This document shows, one piece after another, positions 25,401 through 39,406 of a stretch of DNA of 64,000 nt. The notes below the pieces were generated by a model. The model made no database searches and was not told where the DNA came from. It saw nothing but the letters and a program-made list of their open reading frames with translations. The position numbers were made by a program, and so were the translations under genes. This DNA is from Paraspadella gotoi (taxonomy: Eukaryota > Animalia > Chaetognatha): NCBI GenBank assembly GCA_051294375.1, contig CM119266.1, forward strand, positions 24,364,990 through 24,428,989, given 5' to 3'. Position 1 is the first letter of the stretch. Every line of letters begins with the position of its first letter.

Positions 25401-27654
25401 TACGTTGTCACGATTCATTCTTCCGCCCGACTACGCCGCGGAAACGGAAATCCTGTCGCCTTAATTGCTAAATAGTGAAAAATTTTCACTATTTAGTTTA
25501 CTTTTCACAATCTGGCTATTCGTCCTCACTTGACCTGTCCTCACATCCTGACACTATTCTTCTCTCAACTCTTGGTGTTGGAAACTTTGCCCTCTCTCTC
25601 TTCTTCTTCTCCTCTCTTTCTCCTTTTCCTCTGCAAATAAACTTTATTTGGAATCACAAATATCTTTGACGCCGATGAAGGCTTGTAACATTTAAAGCCG
25701 AATACATGTCCGTCTATACAATGAAAATTCGTTGTTAACCAATTTTAACAAAGCGTCCTTATCATCTAAACACAACGAAACGAAAGGAATAAATAGAACG
25801 ATGTCGATTTATTATTATTTTATAAAAACAATGTTTTAAATATATTTTAAATGTTTTTAATTGTTTTTGAAAATTAAATCGTAAAGCTTCGGTTTTAATA
25901 CCTGCTCCAATTCTATTCCCAACTCCTTATAAAATATTGTTTTCTATCTTTACTTTAATACAGTAGCCTAAACAGAAAAGGACAGAAACGTTATTTCTCT
26001 ATATTGTTTTTCGCCTCGCCACTCGTTGTCGTCGTCGTCCTTGGCTCTTGCTGTCGTTGCCGTCGTCGTTGCTCGTCGATTCGTACCTCGTCGTTGTTTT
26101 GGCGATTGTTATTCAGCATCCTTCCGACACAGTATTTGTTTCTGCTTGGCCAAAGAGCCGTCACTTTCGCTGGCGGCCAGAAATCAATTGAAACCCCGGA
26201 GCTGAGAGGGGAACACCGACAAAGAGGGGGGAGGAGAGATGGGGGTAGGCGGCGGCGAATTATGGAGGGAGGAAATGAAAGAAATAGAGGGTGAGAGGTG
26301 AGGAAAAGAAAGGAAAAGAGGAGGGGTGTGAGGAGAAAAGAGAAGAAAGAGGGAGGTGGAGGGAGGAAAAGAGAAGAATAAGGAGGGGAGAGAGGGAGGA
26401 ATAGAAAAGAAAGGAAGAAGGGGGATTGAGATGGAGAAAAAGAAAAGGAAAAGAGAAGTGGATGAGAGGAGAAAGAAGAAAAGAAGAGGACGGATGCGAG
26501 GAGGGAAAAGAAAAGAAGGAGGTGGGACTGGAGGGAAAAATATGAAAGAGGGAAAGCCGTAGAATGAATTGACGAAAGGTACATGTGAAAAAGGGAGTGT
26601 GAAGAAATACTAGGAGAGTAAAGAGTGAAAGAGTGAAAGCTTTGTCCAATTGATCATGATGTGATTTAAAAGTTCCATCCTGAAAATCCCGGTGAGGTCT
26701 AAAAACTATCGCCCAAAACATTTTTACTTCACTGATCTTGGAATTTCCCCTAATTCGTTTTCCCTTGTTTTCTCTCAGCTCGAAACGATCGCCGGGATTT
26801 TTCTTATGGAAAGTCACACCCATCGAGTGAACTTTAGAATGTGGGGCGTCGTTTGAAATGGAATTCTTTGTAGAATAACAGAAACGGGTGCATGTTGTAA
26901 TAGTTGTTAATAGTAGTCAGCAATATTTCTTAAGACATGTTTATTAAGAAATATCGCATTAAACAATATGTTGAATATTTTTTTATATTAAATTTTGAAT
27001 AGGAACAAGTGCTAGAGAAAAAAAAATCTGTAAAAACGGGAAATTTATTTGTATTTTACAATTTAAAATAAGTCAGAGAAAAAATTCACAAAAATAAATT
27101 ATATTGGTATTTTACAATAATATGATATCATTTTTATTTTTAGCGTAAAATATAAAAAAAATTTTATAAGAAACAAAACTGTGAAAGACGAGTTTAAGCA
27201 GTTCTTGTAGGACTGAGATGTTTTAAGATGCGAGGGAGGAATTTAAACAAAAAAGGGAAAGAATAAAAAAAGAAAAGAAGCGCACAAGAGACAAGAAAGG
27301 AAGGAGGAGAAAAGTAGGACTGCTTGAAAGGGAGGACCTAGCAATATAAAAGAGGTTTGACGTGAACATACAGGAAAGAATATGATGGACCGAGAAAACT
27401 AAAAAGAGAGATAAAAAAAAACGAGATAATAGGAAGAAAAAGGTTGGTGGGAAGCACTAAAAGAAATGGAGGAACAGGATAAATTATTTGAGAAAGGAAG
27501 GAGGAGGAAGAGTGAAATAACGAGAACATGAGAAGAGTGAAAAATCTTCTGCTCTCTTCTCTCTCTCCACTCCTCTCTCCTTCTCTGCTTCACTTATATT
27601 ACTCTCTCTGAGAATAGATTAAAGTAATCAGAAAGAAAATAACTAGGCAAAAAC

Positions 27655-28870
27655 ATTTCCAGATCGAGAGGATCACCGCATCAATCTAAATTAAGATTTT
27701 GGGGGGGGGGGTACAAATGACCCACGCTTCATAACCGTTGCCACTTTCAGGCCTGGGCTAAAACTTAACAATATCTTGATGCTAATATTGCTTCTCTTAA
27801 ATCTATAGTTTTTGCCTTTCTCATAGGTTAACAAATTAAGGAGAAAAAAAAACTATTTAACATATTTATTGAGTTAAAACAGTCCATCTATCCTTAATTC
27901 GTTGTGCTACTCGCATTTCTCTTTCTCTTCCTCTCTTTCCTCCTCCCCACTCCCCCCCCTTCTTGCCTCCTCCTTCCTCGACATGGCTTACAATGAGAAT
28001 AGCATGCGTAGTTTCTGCTCGGGTTTTCCCCCTTCCGTTTCTGTCAGAAGTCTTGGAGCTCGATGAAGAGAAAAGCTTAACGGAAAGACGGTTTTTTGAG
28101 CGCGCGGCGCCGCCGCTGAGGGACGGGTGGTAGGGGGGCAAGGGGGTGAGAAGGGAATTGAAAGGGGAGTACAGAATGGGGGCTGGGAGAGTTGACGATG
28201 GATCAAAGGAGAAGCTGGGGACATGATGTTGAGTGTGGTTGGATGGGTATAAGGGGCAAGGGTTCGGAAAGCTGTTAGTGAGATTGATTTCAGTTTAGGA
28301 TGAGAACTGTTTTTATATTATTTTGCTTTACGTCGTCCGTTATTAGTTTAATTATCATTAAGTATCAACTTTGTGCCAGTGTTTTTCCCTAATTATCAAT
28401 CTACATTTTTGTCCTTTGCACTTACCACAGATCTCTCAACTTTTCGCTTTTGGATGTGCTTTTCGTTTCCCCCTTTTTTTCCAGACCGCTTTCATCATCC
28501 CGTTGATAATTCTACTTTTCGCGAGAAACATTTTTTTTTTCATTCTAACCGGTTATTTCTTTTCTCTTACTTTGCCTCGTCTTTGTATTTCCTAACATTT
28601 CTTCATAATTCCCCCATCTTGAAATCGCTTCATATTTTTCTTCGTTTTCCCTCGCTTTTTCTTTTGCCTCCTCTGGCCTTTCCTCCGTTTACTGCTCCTT
28701 TTCCTCCGCTCTCTAATCGTCCCCTCCTCCTTTATTCTTCTTTGCCTGGCGCCGGCGGCTTAGTGTCCTACATCGACCGAATTGACGAGGAGAGGATTGG
28801 ATGACGAATTTGCGGAGGGAAAGGAGCAAGAGAGGAGAGAGGAGGAATTGCGACGTGGACTGCTCTCTCT
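27655..28870 (+). repeat. Segment B, duplicated (expanded) at ~45711-47330
   Basis: Approximate anchors: gatcaccgca..tcaatctaaatt 27671/45739; cctcgacatggctt 27976/46278; tcttggagctcg 28051/46366; agaactgtttttat 28303/46655. Confidence 0.85.
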
Positions 28871-29264
28871 TNNNNNNNNNNNNNNNNNNNNNNNNNTGCT
28901 TATCTCCCACTTGCGCTGTGGTGGGCGCGGTCGGTCATAATAACTAAAATATTGTACTATTTTTAGTAAAAACATTTTATTTTTTTATTTTTTGGGGTTT
29001 TAAAAATGGGTTATTTCTAATTTCTTTTACGGGGTGTCTAGGGTACTGTGCTTGAGAAGAGGCTCTTTCCTAAACCTTTTTTTGTGTTTTTTTTAGATCA
29101 ACTCTAATAAATTTCATTCATGATTTAAGAATTGATGGTAGTCCACTAATTACCGCATTTATTAAAAGTCTCGCAAAAAATACGTTAGATATCTCGACAC
29201 TTTTATTACTCCTTTCTTTCTTTACGAGTTTAAGAAATGTCTTCGCGGTTTTCTTCAGGCGTCA

Positions 29265-30530
29265 GGCGATGTTCAAGACTATGTATGTATTTCAACCAAG
29301 CGCTCGTTTGAAATTAATTTGTTTGCGATAATGAGCCAAACGGCGGTCTGATCAATTCGAAAGAACCATGAAACGTAAACATAAACATAGAAAACGTTCG
29401 AATTATAGGTCTATATATGACAAATAAATAATTTCGATGAAGCGGCGACGACCGCAATCCGATCATTTTTGCAACTTTGAAATGAGCCACTTAATTTCCG
29501 ATCATGAATCAATTACATCCCGTCGACTATCATGAATCAATTACATCCGGCCATCGACCGCTTAAATCGTCTATATGCAAAAATAAAACCCGCACTCAAT
29601 TCACTTTTTATCGCTTTTTTCCTTCCCTTTTTTTTTTATCTCAAAAATCGAGCTTCTCTTTTCTTTTTTTTTTCTTCTCTCTTTCTTTTCTTCTTTTCTT
29701 TTTTATAGCGTCTAAATTTCAGCGTCATTAGTTTAAACTTCTCCCGCCTCCGCCGCCGTCGACGCCGCCGTCGACGCCGCCGTCGACGCCGCCGTCGACG
29801 CCGCCCCTGTCGCCGTTCTCATCGTCGTCGTCGTCATGGTCGTCGTCATCGCCGCCTTTTGTTCCTCCCACGAATTCGGAATCGGTTTTAGTTCTTCGCT
29901 TCCGTTAATTTAAATTCTTTTGCCAAATGTTTTTCCCTTTTCTTCTTCNNNNNNNNNNNNNNNNNNNNNNNNNNNNNNNNNNNNNNNNNNNNNNNNNNNN
30001 NNNNNNNNNNNNNNNNNNNNNNNNNNNNNNNNNNNNNNNNNNNNNNNNNNNNNNNNNNNNNNNNNNNNNNNNNNNNNNNNNNNNNNNNNNNNNNNNNNNN
30101 NNNNNNNNNNNNNNNNNNNNNNNNNNNNNNNNNNNNNNNNNNNNNNNNNNNNNNNNNNCTTTTCTTTCCTTCCCTCATTCCTCCCGCCGTCTTTCATCCT
30201 ACGGGGACGAAAAAATATGTAGATGGCCTGAAAATTGTTTTTATGCAAATGAGGCAGCGAAGGAACGGTGCGGGTCTGCGCGCACGAGGGAAGCCGTCCG
30301 GCGCCGACGCTCCCGTCTACGAAGCCGACACGGACGACAAAGCCGACGGCGATGACGAAGTCGCCGACTTCATCTGTCGTCTTTGTCCCTTGTTGTCGTT
30401 GTTGCCCATTTATCCTTTTATCCATTTTATCCTTTCTTAATATACTATACATTTATAAATTTGCAATGTTATGAATATTGTTAAGTGAATATTGAAACGC
30501 ATTTATATTATTGGGAAAAAAATATTTATA

Positions 30531-30620
<90 letters not shown>

Positions 30621-32219
30621 CTCTCTCTCTCTCTTCTTTTCTTATCCATTTTCGAGTCTTTTTTTCACATTTATTTTCGTCAAAAAGGGGATTTAAATTC
30701 GTCGACACAAAGAGGGCGGGCGGCGGTTTTCGGGCGCTTATCTCTCTCTCTCTCTCTCCCTGTCTCTCTCTCTCTCTCCTCTCGATTTATTTCCACCCTC
30801 TTTTTGAAAAATGAGATTTTAATTTGAGTCCGGAAGCGTTTTGGAAGTGGCGACGATATCGCGCCTTAAAGGATTTCGCAAGATGGCGCTTTGGCGCATA
30901 ATGGCGCTCGGAATTTAAGGGTGGCGCGTGGGTAAAATGGCAGAGTGATGACTTCGGGCGAAGGCTTTCTGGCGTGACTTTATATGGTTTGAAGAAAAAT
31001 GGCAGAGTGTCTTCTCACATAATAACATAAATGACGTGACGTGACGTGACTAAACCGCAAAACATTCTTCACTGAGCTTAAAAAAATAATTCTTTTAATA
31101 TCCAAGTTGGTCATATCTATTCTCTTGAATAAAAAGTCTTTTTAACTCGGAGCCACAACACACCTCACTGCCCACTGCCCAATCCACTGCGCCCTCCTCC
31201 CTTTCTGGCCATTGGATTCCTAATCAAATTTCCTATCGCTATTTTTTTTTTCACCGCCGCAAAATAATTTGGACGAATGTCCGGAAAAACAACTCATTCC
31301 CGTCGAATCGGACGTTAATTCCATTTTCGTCGCTGAAATTTGAAATAATAAAAAAAAACAAACGAAAAATATCGTTTGCTCGATCAAACGAAACCGACTA
31401 ACAAATAGACAATAATTTATAAATTTCCGTCGATTCTTTGGCGCTGATGGTCTTGCCGCCGTTGCAACGCTGACTGTATCGATGAGCGCAGAAGGACGAT
31501 GACCGCAAAGAGAAACGACGACAGCGACGACCATTACTCGAGCAACTGCAAGTACGCCATTGGGTTTTTAACCGGGCCGCGCTAGCGACGGTGATACGTT
31601 GACGTTTTCACTCACATTCGAGATACATCCATGACAACAACAACAATGACGACGACAAATTCCGACACGATTATTAATTCGATCGTCGAGGTCGAGAAAG
31701 AGAAAAAAAGTCGCGCTCAAAGGAAAAAAAAATAAGAAGATCTTAGGCTCGAAAAATCAATTTACATAGAAATGGGAAAATAAGAAAAAAGAGAAAATAG
31801 TCGGTCGCCGACATTGCGCTCGACGACGACGACNNNNNNNNNNACGACGACGACTGAGACCTTGATCTCTCCAAAACTGAATTTAGAATAAGGTGAACGA
31901 AGAACGGAGGTTAAAAGCAAAAGGAATAATGTTTAAAATTAGTACTGAACAGGGACGATGGGTACCGGGCGAGCGACTGTGAGTTATTATTTTTTGGTTT
32001 GGATCCATGAAAGTTGTACTATACGTTTGAATCTTAAAGTTTAAGCGAAGGTAAAAATTATAGATCCCGGACGTCTCTTAATTTAAATTTTCTGATTTCG
32101 CGCCGTCATGAGAATCGTAAAAATATACTGAATTATACTACAGAATCGAGGAAGTAGTTGGTAATTTTTAGAGTTATTGTCCTCTTTATGACACTGCAAC
32201 AATGTTAAAAACGTACGCG

Positions 32220-32253
<34 letters not shown>

Positions 32254-33535
32254 NNNNNNNNNNNNNNNNNNNNNNNNNNNNNNNNNNNNNNNNNNNNNNN
32301 NNNNNNNNNNNNNNNNNNNNNNNNNNNNNNNNNNNNNNNNNNNNNNNNNNNNNNNNNNNNNNNNNNNNNNNNNNNNNNNNNNNNNNNNNNNNNNNNNNNN
32401 NNNNNNNNNNNNNNNNNNNNNNNNNNNNNNNNNNNNNNNNNNNNNNNNNNNNNNNNNNNNNNNNNNNNNNNNNNNNNNNNNNNNNNNNNNNNNNNNNNNN
32501 NNNNNNNNNNNNNNNNNNNNNNNNNNNNNNNNNNNNNNNNNNNNNNNNNNNNNNNNNNNNNNNNNNNNNNNNAAAAAAAACAAGAAAACAGTTAAAGGAA
32601 GAAAATTCACTAATCGTTTCGTTTTTTGTGGTTTTTTTTTTCGCTCCTCCGACGAGAAGATCACGACGACGGATGAAGAAGAAACTCGCCCGTGGAGATT
32701 TTCGACGGGTAAGTTAGTCTAAACATTCTAATCGATCGAAACAATTTTTAGATCAATTACATAATTTTTAAACTTATACATACTAAATAAGGTACAAAGC
32801 ACCAAAAACCTTTGAACTAACATCTTTGGCAAGCGGGAAATCGAAAAGAGAAAATTGGATTTTCTGTGCAAAGGGAAAGTAAATCGTTCCCACGTCGTTT
32901 CCCTCGCTGCTACAATCTCCAAACCTACTCCTATTCCTACTTCNNNNNNNNNNNNNNNNNNNNNNNNNNNNNNNNNNNNNNNNNNNNNNNNNNNNNNNNN
33001 NNNNNNNNNNNNNNNNNNNNNNNNNNNNNNNNNNNNNNNNNNNNNNNNNNNNNNNNNNNNNNNNNNNNNNNNNNNNNNNNNNNNNNNNNNNNNNNNNNNN
33101 NNNNNNNNNNNNNNNNNNNNNNNNNNNNNNNNNNNNNNNNNNNNNNNNNNNNNNTATTCTTACTTCTACTCCTATTCCTACATCTACTCCTATTCCTACT
33201 TATACTCCTATTCCTACTTCTACTCCTCCTTCTAATCCTCCTCTACTATTTCCCTATTTCTATTCCTTCATCTCACTTTGATCTCTTTCCTCCTCTTTCA
33301 CTCTCAACTTGACTCACCTTCATCCAACTTCCCCAACTACGTTCGACTTACCCTTTCACTCCGTCGTTCTCCACCCTTTTCATTCCGCACTAACCTCACC
33401 CTTCCTCCTTCACGCTCCTCACCCCCACGAAATTCTTATCCCCTTTTCCATCTCCGACAGAACGGCGGCGCGTTCTCGCGGCATTGTAAATCACGGCCTA
33501 CCTCTAATTCTTGTCCAAAGAAAATAAATAGAGAG

Positions 33536-33596
<61 letters not shown>

Positions 33597-36500
33597 CGAT
33601 TTTCCTCCTTTTTTTTCCCCCTTTTTTTTCCTTCCTGTCTCGCTCTCTATGAAAAATTTCATTTGCGCGTCGCTATGAATTTCATAAGGCGAAGTTAATG
33701 CGGGGAAACCTCGAGAGAAGAGAGAGACAGAGTTGGACAGAGAGACNNNNNNNNNNGGGAAAAGGAGTAAAAGGAAAAAGGTAGTAAGTGAGCTATGAAG
33801 TGAGCTATACATAAAAGGGTGAAACGGAATTAAAAGAACACGAGAAAAAAAGAGAATAATTAGGAAACAATAAAAACAATTTTCGTGACGATGACCGCGA
33901 TGAGAAACAAAACGAAGGGGCGATTAAAGGTAGAAGAGTATAAAGAATGTGTGTTAGTTTTAGTAAAATGTACAAACGGAATAGAAAAAAGTCCGAGATG
34001 GCGTTATACTGACTTCAATTTTTAAAAAAGGAGAGAGTTTGTTCTTAAAAAATAGAGTAGAGAAGTCATTTGGGCACGCGTCAGCTAATGAAGGAGTTCG
34101 ATAAAGGCGAAGTTAAATAGAGGGCGGAAACCTCGAGAGAAATGATAGAAGACAGAGTTGGAACAGAGAGACAAGGAGAGGCGAAAAAGGAGTATTAGTG
34201 AAAAGGTAAGTACTGAGCACTATGAAGTGGAGGCGCTATAGATAGAAAGGGTGAAACGGAAATGAGAGTGACCACAGAAGAAAGAAAGGAATAATTAGTA
34301 GAGAGAACAACTAACACAAGCGGTTCAGCACACGATGACATTCGATGAGGCAAATAGCACGATATCTTGAGGCCATCGAAGGGGATGCAATGTAATAGGA
34401 TTAAGCGCAGAGACCGACCCAATAGATATATAGATGTGTTGTGCGAGCAAGACCTTAAAGCTTAAAGCAACGAATCTTAAAGCAGCCGTGAGGGCACCAA
34501 CTGCGTCATGGGCTTTAAGTTGCTGCCCACACATCGGAAGGCAAGATCGTGAGGTGGGATGCAGGTGAGTGTTGCCTGTTGTTTGACGCGCTAATGTACA
34601 AGCGGATAAGACAAGCCGAGATGGTCGCCGCTTTTATACGCTGATCTTCAATTTTGAAAAATACGGATAACGAGAGACGGAGGTAGGTTGTCTCGTTCTT
34701 AAAAATTAATTCGACTTAAAGTAAAAGGGTGACATTATCCGATGGTGATAGAGATTTAATGGGTTAAAAAGTGATAAGGGACATACAGAGAAGCCCCGGA
34801 ATCACCAAGGAGAGAAAAATAGAATAAATGCTGAATAATGAAGGCCCACGAAAGAAAAGCAATTTCTAGGAACATAGGCAGTAGACCTGAACTTTAAAAG
34901 CATATAGCACGTAGGGCGGACCGAGAACAAAAGAATCATTTTTATATCACAGGAAATTCTATCTACGGCCAACATAAAACCATTTTGGCATAGACGCAAG
35001 AATTTAGGAAAGCCCCTGGGATACGGTATTATTGTTATCCCACGTTTGCAGTTCATGAATAAGAAAGGAATTGGTCTTTAACGACCGAGCCAGGGGCGGG
35101 AAGGAGAGAAGAGAGATGAGAGGAGGAGAGAAGAGAGAGAGAGGAGAGAGAGGGAGATAGAGGAATAGAGACGAGAGAGAGAGAGAGGGGGGGAGAATGG
35201 AAGGGAGAAGCCAGTATATACTGAATATCTCCTTCAATATCCTCCGGCATCTTACTACTTTAAAGCCACCACATAGAGGCCTTATCTATTCCATGGTCTC
35301 CTCTCGTCTCTTCTCTCTCCCTCTCATCTCTACTCGGTCGTCAGTCCCCTCTCTCGTCCTCCGTTCTCTCTCTCCATCTCTCTCTCGTCTCTCATTCTGT
35401 TTTCCCTCTCTCTTTTCCTTCGATCTCGTCAGAGGGTTGGGCGCCATCGTGCACCAACCTTTGGGTATGAGCCGCTGTATATTCTTAGCATCCAAGTCGA
35501 AGTGCCGGGTTCCGTCAAGCCCTTCCCTCAATCTCCTTACCACTATACCCATTGGAAATAAATGTCAACCGAATTTTGTTAATTGGTGGTCGGATGTCCG
35601 TTTTTTTTCACCGCTTATGCGCAGGTCTATTGTTTGAATCCCCCGCCTTTCCCACGCGAAGTTCTCCGGGTTTCTAATGTCATTGTACTGGGCGAACCCC
35701 TCCCGTTTTTGTCACTAGATCCAATCATGTTTAGATCTCTAGAATTCCTCTTCGTGAGGTCCCAAGCAAGCATTTCTTTGCCCGTTATCCACCATATCTT
35801 ACTTTTTTCTACGCCATTTGTTGGTCATAGAAGTCCTTGACTACTGTGCTCATCGAAGGTCCGCTCATTGAATGGTTGGAATGTTTGCTCTTCCCTTTGC
35901 TTCCACACTCTCTGGCAGCGACCAGGACAGCCAGACGGAGATCTGCCCAACGTTATTTCATGTTCCTGCTGGGGAGTTATAGTAACGGATAATTCGGTTG
36001 GTCGTTATTTATACTCGTCCAAATTCTCTCTACAATGCCGTCCGCATCCTCTCAGCCCGCGCGTAGGTAAAATGTTCCCTTCTTTCTCAAGCCTGTTCCA
36101 GCTCTTCACACACGCCGAAAGGGCAATCTGTGTGGCATTTCCACAATATCCCGTAGACGCGGCCAGAGACTTTCCGTCGGTCGCGAGCTTAATTTTCCTA
36201 ACCCACACCTTTGCACCACGTCCAGGCCCTGGGTTTATCTTTATTGACAGGGTTCCCTTGTAGGCGTCCCAACCGCAATTTGTGAAGTCGACCTTCCTCA
36301 GCCAAAATCTTTACGGCTATCCTTATTGACTCAAAGATTTTTTTCGCCTGTCAGAGTTGAGAGTTTGAAGTCGCGTGAAGGCCAATTTTACCCAGGGCGG
36401 TAGCGCTATCTTCGACCGGCTCGGGCTGTCCTGTAGCCCCGGCAGACGCGTAGTGCCCCACCGCACACCTCTCCCACACCAGCCCTCAGCTCCACCGCCG

Positions 36501-39406
36501 TCAGGTGCCCTTTGCGGAGACACCTCATACCTCATATGTACAATAGCATTTGTGCGGAGCTCCGAGACGACCAGGGTCCCCATGATTCTTGCAGCCCAAA
36601 ATTCCTTGGCTTACGGGCCGATTCAAGTTGGCCCCGCTGGAATTTTTGTCCGTTCCTGCTGACCCGCCGGACTTCCGCCCCGCCTCCTCCTCTCGCACCG
36701 CCTCTCGCTTTCTTCCCCCGCTACGACGCCTCCGCCGCCTCCGCGCACCCGAGTTTCTCTTATATCCTAGGGTCAAGCTCGTCCCGAGTTCCCCAGACTG
36801 GAAAGGACGACGTCCCTCTCAGCGCTTTACCTCGGTCCCGAGCCGCCACCGAGAATCGCGGGAAGAGGGCGCCGAACAGCTTTCTAGCCAACCCCATGCT
36901 TAGGGAATAGACGTTATAATATCGATCGAGGAGTTTTCGAATCTCTCTCAATGCGTGCGGGATCGTCTGAAAGTCGTATCGGGGAAAAATGAATTCTATA
37001 ACTTGTAGGGACCCTTTCTCACCGGCTTTCGATCTCTTCTCTCCGAACAAAATTGAACCATGCCCGTTGACTGCTTCCTTCTCTCTCTCTCTTCCGTCGT
37101 CGACCGTCTCTCTCTCTCTCTTCTCTCTCTCGTCTCTCTCTCTGTCTCCCTCTCTCTCGCCGAGTCCGACTTTTGAATGGACCAGCTCGAGATACGGACC
37201 TTCTCGGATCCTTCTTCGCATTCCCTTCATTCCGCATGACCCATTCACTTTCTGCCAAAGATTTTCCCGAACTTTTTGTCCGTAGTAATATCGTGGCCCC
37301 CTCTCTCTCCTATCTCTTCCCCCTGGAGTCTTATCCTATTCATATCCCACTGAGGCCGGCCGTGGACGAGGTTCTCCGGCGCTTTTCCCTCAACCTACTT
37401 TTTTCATTTATTTTGACTCTTTTCCCGGGCAGCCTTTTTTTTTCTTAACTCTTTCTTTTACTTTTAAGCTCAACCTTCTCCGATATATTGTATTCCTGGT
37501 TTGAGTCGCTTTTTCGTCCTCAGTCAAATTCGGTTAACTCTTTGTTTTTATTTTAGCGTCTATTTTTTTATAGTTTTTATTTATTTATTCTATTTTTGTT
37601 TATTTTTAAACTCCTATCCACATACTTTTTCTTCATTTTTCATTTATCTACTCTGAGGAAGATTCATANNNNNNNNNNNNNNNNNNNNNNNNNCTTTTAT
37701 TCAATTTTTAAACCATCTGGCCTTAGGCATTTCCACTCTTCTCAACCTATTTTCCATTCCTCTCCCTTTCTTTTCTCTCATCTCCTCTTCCACTCCTTTC
37801 CTTTATTCCATTCCTCCCCAATATTTCCACTCGTCTCCCCCTTTTAACCATCTCCTTCCTTCTTTTCCTTTCCCGCAAGGATCTCATCTTTAATTTAGCT
37901 TCTCGCGTCTCCCCCAAGGGGATGGGGCTCAGTCCGTGAGGCGGCAAATTCAGTCTTTCCGCGCAAGACGGTAGTAAACTGCAGCAATATGCAGCATTGA
38001 AATATGCAGCAAGATGTTTTATAAACATTTTTGTTTTGTTTTGTTTTGTTTTACGTTTTATAAATGAAGGCAAGAATTTTACTACTAATTTTCTTGTTCG
38101 TACTTTTAAGCAGCACCTAAATATCCACCTGAAGTTNNNNNNNNNNNNNNNNNNNNNNNNNNNNNNNNNNNNNNNNNNNNNNNNNNNNNNNNNNNNNNNN
38201 NNNNNNNNNNNNNNNNNNNNNNNNNNNNNNNNNNNNNNNNNNNNNNNNNNNNNNNNNNNNNNNNNNNNNNNNNNNNNNNNNNNNNNNNNNNNNNNNNNNN
38301 NNNNNNNNNNNNNNNTTCGACCTCGAATTGATATCGTCCCGGTCAAAAATTAAAGAAAGCTCTTCAGACTTTTTCTAGATTTAAATACTTTTCTATTCAT
38401 AGTAAGAATTTAGAATGTTGTTTAAAATATAATCTTTTCCTTTCCTCCACTCTTTCATTTCTTTCTTCTCCGCAGTCAACTTTCCCATCTTACGTTTTCT
38501 TTTCGCTAAAGAATAACCCAACTTTCACCCCTACCAGATATGCTTGTTTTTCTTCCCCTCCTCCCCTTTTTTCTCTTCTTTTTCTTTCCTTTTTCCTCCC
38601 TTTTTCCTCCCTCCACTTTTTTCCCGCTTTCNNNNNNNNNNNNNNNNNNNNNNNNNNNNNNNNNNNNNNNNNNNNNNNNNNNNNNNNNNNNNNNNNNNNN
38701 NNNNNNNNNNNNNNNNNNNNNNNNNNNNNNNNNNNNNNNNNNNNNNNNNNNNNNNNNNNNNNNNNNNNNNNNNNNNNNNNNNNNNNNNNNNNNNNNNNNN
38801 NNNNNNNNNNNNNNNNNNNNNNNNNNNNNNNNNNNNNNNNNNNNNNNNGACGACGACGACGACGACGACGACGAAAGAGATTCATATTCAAGAGAGGAAA
38901 GATTGGATGCGCCGTTCCCCGATAGTTCCCCCGCCNNNNNNNNNNNNNNNNNNNNNNNNNNNNNNNNNNNNNNNNNNNNNNNNNNNNNNNNNNNNNNNNN
39001 NNNNNNNNNNNNNNNNNNNNNNNNNNNNNNNNNNNNNNNNNNNNNNNNNNNNNNNNNNNNNNNNNNNNNNNNNNNNNNNNNNNNNNNNNNNNNNNNNNNN
39101 NNNNNNNNNNNNNNNNNNNNNNNNNNNNNNNNNNNNNNNNNNNNNNNNNNNNNNNNNNNNNNNNNNTATGAAGGTCATCGGGAGACCCTTTCTCATTTTT
39201 CATGCACTCGCGAATTTCTCATTCGGATTTGACCTCGCGCTTTGCGCAGTGCCAACTGCGAATTGCGTTTTGCCCACAGCGAATTGGGTATCGGGGCTCA
39301 GAGCGGCGCGGCGCTGAGCGACGCTGTGGGACGGCGACAGCGCCGGGAGATGGCGAAGAGAGAGAGGGAGTTGGCGGGAAAATATTCTACTCTCTTCGTA
39401 TACTAG
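29265..39406 (+). other. Putative fragmented multi-exon protein-coding gene of unknown family (also present in copy 1)
   Basis: Non-repetitive islands with splice-like ends: ttttcttcag|'VRRCSRLCMYFNQAL..FVCDNEPNGGLINSKE' (~29268); 'SSDEKITTTDEEETRPWRFST'|gtaagt (~32709); aatttag|'SRVSPKGMGLS..RRQIQSFRARR' (~37899); terminal-looking 'MHSRISHSDLTSRFAQCQLRIAF(A)HSELGIGAQSGAALSDAVGRRQRREMAKRERELAGKYSTLFVY*' (~39200-39406). Several need frameshift correction and no family is recognised. Confidence 0.35.
30533..30618. repeat. (TTTC)n microsatellite
   Basis: Perfect tetranucleotide run. Confidence 0.9.

Noticed and set aside
29501-29548. Perfect 20-bp direct repeat ATCATGAATCAATTACATCC x2 (CRISPR-like?)
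   Set aside because: Only two copies with an 8-bp spacer, eukaryotic context and no cas genes; a simple local duplication.
35400-37000. Random-looking sequence with many 60-160 aa ORFs
   Set aside because: It corresponds to an extremely insertion-expanded version of ~22.0-22.7 kb; read noise rather than genes.
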